A stretch of 64,000 nt of DNA from Octopus sinensis (taxonomy: Eukaryota): NCBI RefSeq assembly GCF_006345805.1, contig NC_042998.1:112778001-112842000 (forward strand). The letters run 5' to 3'. The first letter of the stretch is position 1. Every line of letters begins with the position of its first letter. The notes beneath the pieces were generated by a model. The model saw nothing but the letters and a program-made list of their open reading frames with translations. It was not told where the DNA came from and ran no database searches. Of the stretch, positions 1-14,929 are shown piece by piece. The translations under genes were made by a program, and so were the position numbers.

Positions 1-656
1 TGTGGAATAAATACTTTACCTGCAGGTACTTGATAACTCAACGATGCCAAATTTTGTTCATTTCCAAGAGAAGTCGTTACTAGTTACTTTTAAAGTTTTC
101 TTTGAATAGTCAGATATCAGTTTACCTAGAAAGAAACAAAGAAGTTATCAATAAGAAGAGTTGAAATAAATGTATTCAAAATTTCACCGCTGCAGCATCA
201 TTTCTTCATAGTCAGCCTATGATCTTTTCAGCCCACCTTCGTACAATGCAGATTGTAATGGTTCATCTTTATAAATTTAAGTGGCAAAAAAAAAGCAATG
301 GCAATGTTTCTGTCTTATCATACCTCCTTAGCGAAGGAGGCAAAAACATTACTCCGTGGGTGCTCAAAATCTAAAACAGCAATTATATAACAGAGTTAAA
401 CATGAGATTTCTTTTGGTAAGAAGGTATATCATCTAATTTAGTTCAGAATTACCTATAGTCGTAGACATTCCCATGGGCCTTTCTTTCCTTAGAATGACA
501 AATAAGTGGAAGGAATATATTACCAGTCAATATCCGTCAGCAACCACACCAATTCAGAGAAAGTAATTAACATAAAGGTAGGCAGTGCATTGGCATTTTC
601 ACAATGATATTGACATTTGTCAGTTTCCTTTTGGGCGTCTCCTCCCCCGCACTCAC

Positions 657-774
<118 letters not shown>

Positions 775-1161
775 GCTTCTCAACTCTCTCTACTTTTCGA
801 TAACTTTTATCTACCACGCAGGGAATATATATATATATGTTTGTGTGTGTGTGTGTGAATGTATGTATGTGTGTGTGTGTGCGTGAGTATATGTATATGT
901 GTATGCATGTATGTGTATCTGTTAATAAGGTAATTGAACAATTCGTTGCCTTACAGTGACCAGTGCTTTCATTCCAGTTGGGAATCCTCGGACTAATATA
1001 ATATTAGGGAGTTGGAAACATTAAATAGCATTCAGTAATTGTGTGTGACGTTTACGTTTTCCTTCTTATTTTTTCTTCTAATACAAAGTATGCTGACTCA
1101 TTTTTTGCATACTTCGTTTTGTATCTGATAGAGGACTTTTTACTTTATTTTTTGATTTGGT

Positions 1162-2330
1162 ATGAAGAATTTTAAGTGTTTGATTTGTTTCTGTTTTGTG
1201 CGGGAATGGTTTTTTTGTGTGTGTACGTGTGAATGTGAACCATACATAGCTCTTCACCCAAATACAAATCCTGACTTACCAAATGCTTTTCTGTCAATTA
1301 ACAACTTACAAAATTTGTTAAGACATTTTTACAGTTTGGTCATGAACTTTACACACATCAACAAATTGAACAAATTTCAGAGAGAACTAAAAATCAAAAT
1401 AACTTCAGACAAAAGAACATGTACGAAATACATTCAGCCACACACCCCAAACTTCATAGTGAACACATGTACAAGAATGCAACTTGAATCACACTGAGGG
1501 AAATTAACACCGAAGCAACCATGATAGCCATCAGTTTGAATATAGAAGATAGAATTGATCTGTTAGTTCTAACACACCAACAAATACATACAAAGATCAC
1601 AAGATCAACATCAGAACTAACACGTCTACAATACTTTTTAACCCAGAAAGACCCTGCCTGGGTAATGTCAATAACGCAATTTTGAACAACATGCATACGG
1701 TTAAAATGTGACACTTGGCTAACATTATGGAAAGATACAGACGCAGTCATCAAAAAGCTCAGATCAAAAAAAGCCTTTCATTTGCCCAATTCAACGTCAA
1801 CAACTACTACCCGTCGATTTCAAAGAAGCACTTTATAGAAGTAGTTCCCAATGCTAATACCCATATTTCCAAGTATGATTATATGTATCATTTTACACAC
1901 CAGAAAAATATTCTGCACAACGGAAATTCATGGATTGAGAAAAACTCCACCGTACTATTTGATGTTGTGTGGAATCATATACTGTAGAAATGAGTGTTTT
2001 GGTTGGCCTATTTTTATCGCATATAAATTACAAAATAGTATTTAAAACATTCAATGCCTCAGTGACCTGTTCCACAAAATTTAGATGTTGATGAGGTTAA
2101 AAAGCCATTAAGCAGTTGTTCTATGGTAAGGTACCAGTTAAGATGGATTACCTTCGGAGATTTACATACTTGGTCCATATAAATTGTTGAAAAGCATGTT
2201 AAACTTTTATATGTATTCTGGAATTGTGATACAGTCCTCTATCAATATAAGGATGCAACTACTGTTCATCAATATGCACATAAAGACAAAACAGCATTAC
2301 ACGATGATTATCGTTCACATTCTTTTCAAA
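1162..2330 (+). mobile_element. Decayed Penelope-like element RT fragment (YRDD/Hydra-like family)
   Basis: Frame-broken peptides FAQFNVNNYYPSISK, SWIEKNSTVLFDVV and EMSVLVGLFL match the family pattern FDI..YYPSI / W.KK..FDV.MG..D.AE...LVGLF seen intact at 15-16 kb. Confidence 0.65.
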
Positions 2331-2479
2331 CAACTGCTAGAAAAATCCTTCCTCGTTTCATTTTAGAGTTTAACGCACATCTTGTTCATATTTTCACACT
2401 TCTAGTCTTTAGTTTAGATTTTAATTCTCCTAGTCTTTGGCTATTGATTTCGATCTGGACTTAGGAAAGCTGATACGAT

Positions 2480-2950
2480 TTTTTTATTCATGTAAGTTCA
2501 AAAGAAAGCTCAAAAACATGATACGGAATTTTACATGACCTTCATAGACCTAATAAAGAGTTTGACACTGAGTATTCCAAATAAAATGGAAAAGGTTATC
2601 TTCTTTCACGAGGATATGATAGTAATTGTAATTCTGATGACCAATAGTCTGGTTCGTTTCATGTTTCAAATGGAACTAAACAAAGCTGCGTTCTTGCAAC
2701 GTTATTATTTGCCAGCGTCTTCTCTCTGATATGCCTTTGATAACTGAAATTATAATAAAAATATTCAGTTTTATTTTAGTACAGATCTGTTCAATGCAGA
2801 GATCAAAATGTCTGAGCTGATATGTGTGCTAGTCTTTGCAGATAACTGTGCACTCGGTACTAGTTCATCAAGAGGAAACCGAGACTTCGTAAATAGACTT
2901 TCCAAGACATACATCTTACCATTATCATCACAAAAACTGCAATCAATGTT
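2480..2950 (+). mobile_element. RTE-clade LINE RT fragment
   Basis: FIDLIKSL, FFHEDM, decayed GVKQG-like segment and LVFADNCAL (cf. LLFADDCAL). Confidence 0.6.
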
Positions 2951-2959
2951 TAGCCATGG

Positions 2960-3180
2960 GAAAGCGGTGAGCTGGCAGAATCGTTAGCATGCTAGACGTA
3001 ATGCTTAACGGCATTCCGCCAGTCAGTGGGTTTTGAGCTCAAATTCTGCCGTGGGTGGCTTTGCCATTCATCTTTTTGGGGTCGATAAATTAAGTATCAG
3101 TTGATCACTGGAGACGATGTGATCTACTTACCACCCATCCCCAATTGTTGACCTTGACCCAAAATTAGAAACCAATATTT
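2960..3180 (+). mobile_element. tRNA-derived cephalopod-type SINE (family A)
   Basis: ggtgagctggcagaatcgttagca...gagttcaaattc...ctttgcctttcatcctttcggggtcgataaattaagtaccag consensus. Other copies at about 8080-8205 (-), 39400-39725 (-), 49995-50385, 56725-57135, 59240-59420 and 62700-62890. Confidence 0.8.
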
Positions 3181-4224
3181 AACCATGGGATTGGCAATAA
3201 TCATGGGAATAAAAGATACTCTTGTGGAAGGATTCCGACCCCCCCCCCACACACACACACGCACACACCAACTGACTAAAGGCGGACTGACTCATTGTTA
3301 TAAAACAAAGAACTGTGAGCGATTAGCAGTTCGCATTGGTAAGCAGTTTACTGTGAGCCGTTGACTGAGAGCGCTGAGTCTCGTATAATAGTGATTGTAT
3401 TGCGTCATGTAAATACTTTCTTTCCCCACTGCCATATTAAATTATATATCCAACACCAGGATATAAATGATATCAAATTGCATAATCTTAGAAAAGTAAA
3501 TGATATAAATGATTTTGAAATTTTCTTGTTACTAACAGAAATACGCTGGCTGGGGTACGTCATTTTCAAGGAGCATACTAGAATCCGCCAAACATTTCTT
3601 TATAAACACCTTTCAAATCTCCTCCTGACATATTGAAAAACCACAGTTTCACTACAAAGATAAAATTAAAGAAGAGGTGAGACTATTGGAAATTATTCCT
3701 CAATTTTGGGAGTACTTATCACTCAAACGTCAAACCAAGCGCAGGAAGTGCTCTCGCAAAGCTCGTAGTTTCGAGAAAAGATGAGTACAACAATACACTC
3801 CATTCTACAGTAAAGGCTCCTTCCAGATAAACATGTCAACCAAATCCGCCAACTCTGCCGCAAGTCCAAGGTTGATCTTGCTATTCGTTGCAATTTTATT
3901 ATGTTTTATCAAATTTTTATCAATTCTATTTTTACTTAGCATTTATCGGTTTTTACTAACTATATTTTACCCATTTTGCTGATCTATCATAACTCATTCT
4001 TTAAGGGGAGTACATCAAACACACACACACATACGTACATACAAACACGACACACACGTGTACATACATATCTGCATATAAATGATGTGTGTGTGTAAAT
4101 GATATATACGCATATATATATATCACTTAATTCCAAATTGCATTGCAATGGTTTTCTAAACACTTTTATTCCTATTCCCCAATGCTTCATATAAACTATA
4201 CTGTTCTATACTACTTTAATATAC

Positions 4225-4784
4225 ATGTGCGTGTGTGTGTGTGTGTGTGTGTTGTGTGTGTGTGTGTTAGAGTAGCATATTTTGTATACTTCGTCGTCAT
4301 AAGAAGCATTGGGAAATAGAAATAAAAGTATTTAGAAAGCCATTACAATACAATTTGGAATTGAAAGAGTGAAACAGAAGCCAAACTATATCAAGAGAGA
4401 AAACGCAAACTCATAAGTGAAAGAAAGAGTGTGTGTGTGTGTGTGTGTGGTGTGTGTGTGTGTGTGTGTGTGTACGTGCGTGCGTGTATATATATGTGTG
4501 TGTGTGTGTGCGAAACCACGCCCGTGTGTGCGTGCGAGCGTGTGTGCATGAGCGTGTGCACGTGCGTGTGTGTGTATGTATATATGTACTTGTATTTATA
4601 TATTGGACATATATATACATATTTATAAGTGCCCTGGTAGGGTAGAAAAGCGGAAATTTTCCAAATGTAACATTAAGTGCGGAGTCATAATCATTTGCAC
4701 TGTGTGTGCGTGTGTGTGCATGTGTGTGTGCGCGTGTATGTGTGTGTGCGTGTGTGTGTGCGTGTACGTGTGTGTGTGCGTGTG

Positions 4785-4838
<54 letters not shown>

Positions 4839-4850
4839 CGTGTGTGTGTA
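4225..4850. repeat. Cluster of (TG)n/(TGCG)n microsatellites
   Basis: Runs at 4225-4268, 4425-4590 and 4700-4850. Confidence 0.95.
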
Positions 4851-5481
4851 TGATCCCCGGCTCAATTATATAGATTTATACTATTATTGTTTAATTTCAA
4901 ATTATTCTGTAATATATATCACTAGCATGAGTTCAGGGTGGGAGATTAAGGAGAACCGTGATGAACACTGATTCTGGTTAGTCACACTAGCACATTTTAA
5001 AGAATCTTTTGTTACCTCGGCCAATGAAGAGAGATACACTGAAGCATGTGATCTGTTTCCCCTTTGCTTTACCTATACAAACGAAAATATTTAGATTTTG
5101 GTGGTGCTTTTTTTTCTTCTTTAATTTATTTCTGTGTTCGTCCGAATATGAATGATATTGAAATGTTTTTCAATTGAAAGTGTACAAGCTTTCGGTCAAA
5201 TATTTGTCTTCACAAAACCTTATGCATGTACCTAAGAAAGTTTTAATTCAAATCTCATTTTCAGTGCTCTTACTTAATAGGAGTTTTTTTACACACATCT
5301 CTCCGTACAAACTTTGCTAACAACCCATGTACTTTCTTGACTATTAATAAAGTTGTTATAATTTATATGTTGTAAACAGTGTTGTGGAATAATTGTTCGT
5401 ATCCTACCCACGAGATCTAGCTTATGGTTCAATCTGCGAAAACCAAGGAGTTTGACAGCACTCACATAGACTTTGAAATGA

Positions 5482-5533
<52 letters not shown>

Positions 5534-5849
5534 CTATCTCTCCCTCTCACTCTCTTTTAAAGACAATGTTGAGAATGCTGCTTAAGAAATACCTTAATAT
5601 GTTTCCATATGTTAATGTCCATTTCCTAGTGTAAGTTGTGCCTTGTTAGCGTGCAAACTAATCGCCGGCTGGCCACCACAAGTAAACATCTATGTGATTA
5701 CTCGACCTGCTGAATATAGCAGTTAAGTTTCCCCCAGATCAGTCCGGTGGTCTACCGCTACTAGGACACAAGCTGGGACTTGATCAACTCTGGCTGGATC
5801 AACTGGACGAAGGGGTCAAAAGTTGAAAGACCCAAAACCCCTGAGACAC

Positions 5850-7860
5850 AAGATGTATCTTGAAACTAATCAAAAAGTAGAAATAGTTAAGATATTAAAA
5901 CTTATAGATTTTCCTATGAGCCAACTAAAGACCCTTACAAAGGTAAATCATAATTAAGAAATTCCAGCAAAAATAAAAATGCAAACTTGGTTGTTGTACG
6001 TTTAATGAAAATATATGAGAACTTCAATATTAGATGAACAAAGTAGTATGCAGTCTCCATAGTGATTAGGGATGTGGGTATTCTCTCAAAACTATTCATA
6101 AAGGAACTCGAGCTAAAAGTAGGAAGTGAACATACGTACGAAAAAAAGGAAGAAAAGATTTTTCGATTCTTAATGAAATCAACAACGAAAAGAAACAAAA
6201 GAAAAGAAAGATGCAAAAAATACAACACAAAATATATTAAAAAAACACATCAGAAATCACAAAGTTGCTAAAACTAAAGATTTTCGCTAAATTGTAAAGA
6301 ATCTATCCATATGAAAACGCGACAATGATTCTTTAAATAAACAACCAGTTCTAGCCAATCTCTGTACTAAGAACTAACTGATGAATTTTAAAACTTTTAG
6401 TTGAAATATGAAATAGACAACGACAAATTGCGTGAAAAAATATCCAATGAGTTATGGAAAGGGCCATAAACAACACCTTAATTGCAGAAACTAAAGAAAT
6501 AACAAATCACAAAACCTCTAGACCTACCTGTCGAACAAAGGTTCAACAACAGTATTATCGCAGATAAATGCTTATCCGGAAAAAAAAACACTTCAAGAAC
6601 AAAAGGAAACAGCAAAGACACACATGTATTTAAACATGAATAACTGCTCATCAAAGTTAGAACTAAAGATTAGAAAAATGAAGATGTGAGCTTCCTGATG
6701 TTGAAGAGTTTGAGTGAGTATAGAAACAATGCTGGAATAAACCGTTTAAGGATGATGGCACACTTCAGAATGCCTTGTTCAACTGGAGGCGTTTACATGT
6801 GATGATCAGGAGTATGGAAGTAGTAGTTTAGTAAAAGCTTTGATAAGAGTATGCAATATATAGTAGAGGGTATTTTATAACAACTGTTTAAGCTTCCAAG
6901 TTGTTAGGGAATTCATGAACTTAAAGTGTGATTACAATACAATGGAAGTTAGAAAAGAATATTGTATAAAACATTTAACAAAAGTAATGTTATTGACACC
7001 AATACTCTGATTATTCCAATACTGATTTAATTTATATTCACAACTAAATTAGACAGACGGACAAAAAGAATAATTATTATATCTAGAATACACTGTTCAA
7101 AAGCCGACAGTGAAAGATTATGTTTAACATGAATGAAGTGGAGTAAGCCGTTTTACAATTAGAAAACGATTAATATATCTTTACAGTAGGAGCACAGAAA
7201 TATCTCGTGTATATCAAAAGGAAACTAATACAAAGAGCTATGAACATAAACAAGACAAAACAAACTGTTATCTGTCCCAAAGAAGACAACAGATATAATA
7301 CAGGACTGGAGTAAGGACTGGAGTGATAGAAAAGAAATTTAAAATAACAAAAGTTTTTTTTTCAAAAAGTAACACTAATTGTAACACTAAGTGAAACTAA
7401 ATACAAAATCTGATGCTAAGACCTTGGTAAGAAAATGTAATTACTGAGAATGGAGAAGTAAAAAAAAAATACAATTTCACTGTTTCTGTCTGTGCACATA
7501 ACCAAATTCGAGTGTATAAATATAGAAGATTTGAGAGTCTTATGCCCTGGAAACTATCATTATGAAATACCGACGGAGAGGTTTTATACAAACCTACACC
7601 TGAACAGGTTTCAAAGAATGATGAAGTGACTATATTCTCAGATAGAGCCATTCATACAGACATGATGATTTTTAAAAATCTACCAGATATTGTCAATGAA
7701 AGTCGGAAATATAAGTCTTCTCACCGTTGTATCAATTCCAACAAGCAACCTAGCAACAGCGTATCTCTAAAAGAAATAGAGGAACTATTAAAATATAAAG
7801 ATAAGAGTAGAGAGAAAGTCAAATGTGGGAATTGGAAACCAAAACAGTCACCATACTAGC
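5850..7860 (+). mobile_element. Older RLE-type LINE remnant
   Basis: Frame-broken fragments such as EQKG..K.H..L.MN (about 6590) and NDEVTIFSD..IHTD....N.PDIV (about 7620-7700). Confidence 0.45.
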
Positions 7861-8239
7861 TGGTGTATCAATTGATTTGCCTCTGCATATGATAACTCTG
7901 TTACAAAACGATGCAAATATAAAAGACCACAATACCTCACCTGCTCCAGGAACACAGCACACAACCCGGTCTAGGAATTGAACACCTTAACCACTAAGCC
8001 ATGCGCCCTAAAATAGTAACAACAACAACAACAACAATAATAACAATAATAATAATAATAATAATAATAATGATAATAATCCTTTCTACTATAGGCACAA
8101 ACCTGATATTTTGTGGCAGGGGTACTTGTTGATTACATCGACACCAGTGTTTCATTGGTACTTAATTTATTAACCCCAAAAGGATGAAAGGCAAGATCGA
8201 CCTCGATCGAAAAACATCGAAAACGGTAATACGGTAGAC

Positions 8240-11200
8240 AATTACAGGCTTATATCCTGCTTGCCACTTATGTGGAAATTATTGACTGGAATAATCGCAG
8301 AGTCAATGTACGGACATCTGAAAAAAATGGAGTCCTGCCACATAAGCAGAAGGGTTGCAAGCGTAAGTGCAGAGGTACCAAGGATCAATTCCTGGTAGAC
8401 AAAATTGTACTTAGAGACTGCAAGAGGAGGAAAACTAACTTAGCCATGTCATGGATCGATTATCGTAAGGCGTACGATATGATCTCACATTCTTGGATTA
8501 TGGAATGTATGAACCTATTTGGTATTACATCGAATGTTGAGCGATTGCTTGGAAAATGTATGGCGAATTGGAGGACGGAACTAACAGCATATGGAAGAAG
8601 TTTAGGGACAATGGAAATCAGGACGGGCATCTTCCAAGAGGACTCCTGTCGCCACTGATCTTTATACCGTGCATGATACGACTATCACTGATTCTGAGGA
8701 AAGCAAAGGCTGGGTATTTATTCAAGAGCCACCAACAAAATGTCAAACTGTAAATTCAGGAATGAAGAAAAAGAACCTTGGTGGAAAAGTAGAATGAAAC
8801 AATCAATGAACGAACTACGAAAACATATCAACATCTTGGAAAGAAAAAACTGAAATCAAGAAGAAGGAGAAATATAAGGAACTAGAACGTAGCTATAGGA
8901 TAAAGAAAAAGAAGCTAAATGTAGTTCTTGAAGAGCTGAAACATAGATCGCAGGTTAAAGTGACAAAGATCAAGAGATATGACCAAAGAATCGAACAGAT
9001 AGTTCCAACAAGACCAGAAAAGGGTTTATCAGCAGCTGAACGGAAAGGTTAACAGCAATTTGAGACCAGATGCTGAAGAAAGTAAAAGGTTTTGGTGTAA
9101 CATCTGGGATAATGGAAGAAAGCATAACAAAGATGCTAAATGGTTGAAGGAATAAAGGTCAGAAATATGTGAAGTGAAATAGAGCAATATTAGAATAACG
9201 ACTGAAATGATAACCGAACAGACAACAAAGATCCCAAACTTGAAATGTTCAGGACTGGATGGGGTACGAGGATATTGGCTGAAAAAATTCCCAGCACTAC
9301 ACAGAAGACTAGCCACATATATGGATAAAATGATCAACAACGGTGTACAAATCGCAAAGTGGTTGACCACAAGTGAAACAATTCTTTGCCAAAAAAATCC
9401 CACAAAAGGCAATATAGTTGATAATTACCGACCTATCAGCTGTCTGCTCCTGATGTGGAAGCTGATGATAGGAATAATATCTAATTATATATAAAACTTC
9501 TTGGAAATTAATGACAAAGTGCCAGTGGAACAGAAAGAGTGCAGAAGGAAAAGTCGAGGGACCAAAAACCAGCTTCTGATAGACAGAATGGTACTGAACG
9601 GCAGCAAGAAAAGACTTACTAATCTAGGCATGGCGTGGATCGAATATAAGAAAGCGTATGACATGGTCCCCTGTTCCCCGAATTTTAGAAAGTCTTGAGC
9701 TGGTACAAGTGTCTGAAAACATCTAATTTTATTTTTAAAAAACTGGAATACAGAGTTAACTTCACGTGGAAAATTTTTGGCGCGGGTTAACATAAAGAGA
9801 GGTATATTTTAAGGAGATAGTTTATCACCATTGCTGTTTGTGATTTGTACGATACTCTTCACACAGATTCTACGGAAAGTGACATCGAGATACACCTTGA
9901 AAAGTGAAGGAAAATGAAATCATCTGTTATATATGGATGATTTAAAGACCTTTGGAAAGACCGAACATGAACTAAATGGCCTAGCTTCAACAGTGCAGAT
10001 ACTCAGTAAGGATATCGGAATGGAATTTGGGACTAAAAAGTGTGGTATGCTTATAATACAAAGAGGCAAACAGTGTCGTCTAATGGTGTAGAGCTACCCA
10101 GCGGCGAGAAAATCAAAGATATTGAGACTATTGAATATAAATACCTGTGGATTTTAGAAAACCTTAAAATTTTAGAATATCTTAGAAGAACCAAGTTAGT
10201 TATGGGAAGTAGACTCAATGAAAAAAACAAACTCAGGGCAAAGAATACACGGGTTGTTTCCTTAATGCGATACGGGACAGGTGTTGTTAGGTGAACAAAG
10301 AACGAGCCGGAGGAATTGGACAAAAAACTAGAAACGTGTAGACAATTAACAAGGAACTACACCCCAAAAGCGATAATGACAGACTGTATGTGCCTAGAAA
10401 TAGAGGTTGGAAGAGGTCTCCTAGGATGCAAGATCTGTATTGTCAATGAGAATAGTCTGGGGTAGCACATCAAACAGAAGAATGAATCCTTGCTTACTGC
10501 TGTTAGAATTAACAATATAATATATACCAAAAATGTGATGCACCCACAAACATTTAAGAAACAAGATGAAGAAGCAAACAGCTGGAAAATGAAACCACTG
10601 CATGGACAATACCTCAGAGAAATCGAAGGAAAAACCAAGATCAACACTTGGAGATGACTAAGAAAAAGTAAGGATGCTCTGAGAACTAATTACACCAAGT
10701 TCCAAATAGATAAGAGTAGCGAGTCACCCCTTTGTAGGATGTGTTGCAGCAGAAACGAAACAATCTCACATATTGTGAGTGATTGTAACAAGCTGGCTCA
10801 AAAGCACTACAAAAGGAGGCACGATAAAGTGGCTAAGTTCGTTCACTGGAGGCCATGTGAAACGTACGGCCTGAACAAAGCACAGAAATGGTACGAACAT
10901 GAACCAGGAGTCACCGAGAACAAGGAACATAAGATACTGTGGAATTTTATAATCCAATGTGACTCCCTAATCGATGCTCGGCGACCAGATATTGTGCTAG
11001 ATAAAGGGAAAAGGAAACCAAGACCATAGATATTGCAATGCCTAAAGATGGATGCAAAAGTGACAAAGAACTAGAATTGAATGAAAAATACAGACTACTA
11101 AAAAGACGAAATTGCAAGAATGTGGCCTATGAGGAGAGTGTCTGTCATTCCAGTATGTGTAGGCGCACGCGAAGCACTAACAACTAAGTTCGAGAAATCG

Positions 11201-11420
11201 GAATTGACATGAGAGCAGAGCAAGCCCAAGAAACTATTCTGCTGGGGACCGCCAGGATGTTGAGATTGGTATTTGGATGTTGAAAGACTCCCACGATAAT
11301 TAACAACCAAGTATCAAAGGAGACCCTGTGAAACCTCTGACAGCAGGCTGCTGTCCGCTCTCACAGAATCTATTAGAACAAACAAGACCGAACGTTCTGA
11401 GAAGTAAAATAATAATAATT
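8240..11420 (+). mobile_element. RLE-type non-LTR retrotransposon (R4/Dong-like): two partly overlapping decayed copies
   Basis: [29 protein letters not shown] (8272-8750) and again [26 protein letters not shown] (9500-9700); LLYMDDLK; CRMC...ETISHIVSDC...RRHD; RRPDIV; ends in (TAA)n at about 11406-11420. Confidence 0.85.
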
Positions 11421-12289
11421 ATTGGTGTTAACCATTACACCATAGAACCCACGTGTTAATGAAATATTTTTTGTTTGTTTGTTTTTTTTTTTTTTTTGTA
11501 AGAAAATCAAACATGTATTATTATAGATCTAATTAAGCAGTCCGAACAGTTACAATGAGATGAGCAGGGCCCTGTAACACAGGTGCGATCGGTGTGGCTG
11601 ATATTCAGTTAGAACACCTTTATAATAGTGTTCACAGAAGGAAAGATTGGTTGAGGTGACTACCAGACAATCTGAGAGTGGTAAAGTGTAAGAGGCGGTG
11701 CGAATATAACAGATTTCAGTAGAATTAGTATAGTAGTGACAAAATAGGTAGAGAGGCGAGAAAGTATGTCTATTCATTAGACTCACTCGACTTGCCTTTT
11801 TTCGAATCCAGTTTTAGATTACTGCGTATGGCATTCAATTCTAAAATATTTTGTTAACGAATTTATGAACTTCGAGAGAACATAAAATAATTCTTTTGTG
11901 GAACAGTGGATCTCGAAGCGGATAAAGCTACAAAAATGGGTTAACAAACCCTTTGAGCATTCGACTTTTTCTATCTAAAGTGGGGTTTTGGCCCTATATA
12001 TATACATGTTATTTGTTATAGCTTTATCTGCTTCGAGAACTACTGTTCTAAAGTATTTCTTCTATCCAATCATGGATCTACATAAATTTAAGTACGTGAC
12101 GATTCGTCAGTGATAGACCTACTTTGACTGATAGAATAAAATAAAGAGCAAGTATACATATTGGGAATATAAATACCATTATTAAACTTAATTATCCAGT
12201 AAACAGACAGGAGAAAATCAATATGTCGATGTCAAAATTATTTTTTTAACCTTAAAACAAGTATTTATATACTATATGTACAACTACAC

Positions 12290-12341
12290 TCACACATATA
12301 TACATGTGTGTATGTGTGTGTGTGAGTGTATGTGTGTATGC

Positions 12342-12402
<61 letters not shown>

Positions 12403-12887
12403 ATATATATATATTCTATATATATCTATATATATATATATATATCTAATATATCTATATATATATATATATATCTATATATATATATATATATATCTAT
12501 ATATATATATATCTATAATATATATATATATATCTATATATATATATATATATCTATATATATATATATATCTATATATATATATATATATCTATATATA
12601 TATATATATATCTATATTATATATATATATATATCTATATATATATATATATATCTATATATATAATATATATATATATCTATTAATATATTATATATAT
12701 ATATTATATATATATCTATATATTATATATATATATCTATATATATATATATATTATATCTATATATAATATATATATATATCTATATATATATATATAT
12801 ATATATCATATATATATATATATATATCTATATATATATATTATATATATCTATATATATTATATATATATATCTATATATATATAT

Positions 12888-12943
<56 letters not shown>

Positions 12944-12997
12944 CTATATATATCTATATATATATAAATTATATATATCTATAATATATAAATCTAT
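12290..12997. repeat. Imperfect (TA)n microsatellite with TC interruptions
   Basis: About 700 bp of TA dinucleotide; similar tracts at 17110-17975 (TA/TG) and 19930-20221. Confidence 0.97.
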
Positions 12998-13419
12998 TTT
13001 ATTATATAGAAGGAGCTTCTACAGGACTAGTACTGTTTCATTCAAGAGAAATCTTCAGGAAGCTATTTAACAAGAATTGTATTAGCATTTATACATTTAG
13101 GCAGGTTTAAAGGAGTGGTGGTGGGGGACTTTTTTGGGGGTAGGCATAGCGCAAAATATCATACTTGGGGGAGTGGTCAAGGAGTCAGTGGTAAGTTAGA
13201 TGAAAGAATAGATAAATAAAAAAATAAAAAATAAAAAATAAAAAATAAAAAATAAAAAAAAAAAAAAAAAATAAAATAAAAAAAAAATAAAAAAATAAAA
13301 TGTGTGCACATACATACATAAACACATATACATACACACACACATACGTACACATGTGTGCCTATACATACCTACACATACACACATACACATACATATA
13401 TATATATATACATATATAT

Positions 13420-13459
<40 letters not shown>

Positions 13460-13799
13460 CATATATACACAATCCAATACAGGCCCATTCCCTAATTTTA
13501 ATTTATTATCTTCATTTATTACTTTTGTTATCTTTGATCGCTAGAGCTAAGGATCCTGGCGATGGCAGCATGTCCAATTGTCTGTCTACTAGAAGGCAAG
13601 TACTCGTTCCCGCACGCACACTCATTAGCACGTACATACACCCATTCGTACATTCATACACATACACGTACGCACGCGTTATATTCATACATACAAACAT
13701 CTACATACGTTCACGTATATACACATACGTACTCGTACCTACAGATTCATGTCTACACTTTAGGAGGCTAGTCTATATATATACACCAATAAATATACA

Positions 13800-13831
<32 letters not shown>

Positions 13832-14210
13832 CACATATACACATACACACACACACACACATATATATACTCCTACATACAGATACATACCTATATATAT
13901 ATATATATATACCCACACATACATGTACATATATATATATACAATACATACATATATATATATATATATACATATATACATATATACATACATACATACA
14001 TACACACACACCCATATATATACACACACATACATACACATATATATACATACACAAACATATATACACACATATATATATATATACATATATACACACA
14101 TACATACACACACCTACATACATATACACACAAACCATACATACGTAAACATACATAATACATCCATACATCATACTTACATGCACTTATACGCATACAC
14201 ACACCCCATC

Positions 14211-14243
<33 letters not shown>

Positions 14244-14797
14244 ATATATATATATACACACTCACACATACATATACAAATATACGCCCACACATACATA
14301 CATACATACACGTATACGCATACACGCACATACACATATACATGCGTACCCATACACGTGCCCACACGCACATGCATCCATATGTATACACACACACACA
14401 TATATACACATGTGCAGCATACATACATACTCATACACGCACACATACTTACATATACATATATGCACACACTTACACACATGTATACATACACTATACA
14501 TGCATACATACATATATGCATACATACACATACACGCACATACACATATACACATGCGTACCCATACACGTGCACGCACGCACGCGCATCCATATATATA
14601 CACACGCACACATATATATACACGTGTGCAAGCATACATACATACTCATACACGCGCACATACTTACATATACATATATGCACACACTTCCACACATATA
14701 TACATACACATATACATGCATACATACATATATGCATACATACACACACGCGCACTCATATATACATATATATATATACACACATACACACATATAC

Positions 14798-14856
<59 letters not shown>

Positions 14857-14925
14857 TACACACATATACATACATATACACATACATATATATACACATA
14901 TACACATATATACACATATACACAT
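12998..14925 (+). repeat. Left arm of an approximately 1.9-kb inverted repeat
   Basis: Unique blocks (gaaggagcttctacaggactagtac..., ctagagctaaggatcctggcgatggcagc...) and the microsatellite pattern are reverse-complemented at about 17975-19865. Confidence 0.95.
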
Positions 14926-14929
14926 ACAC

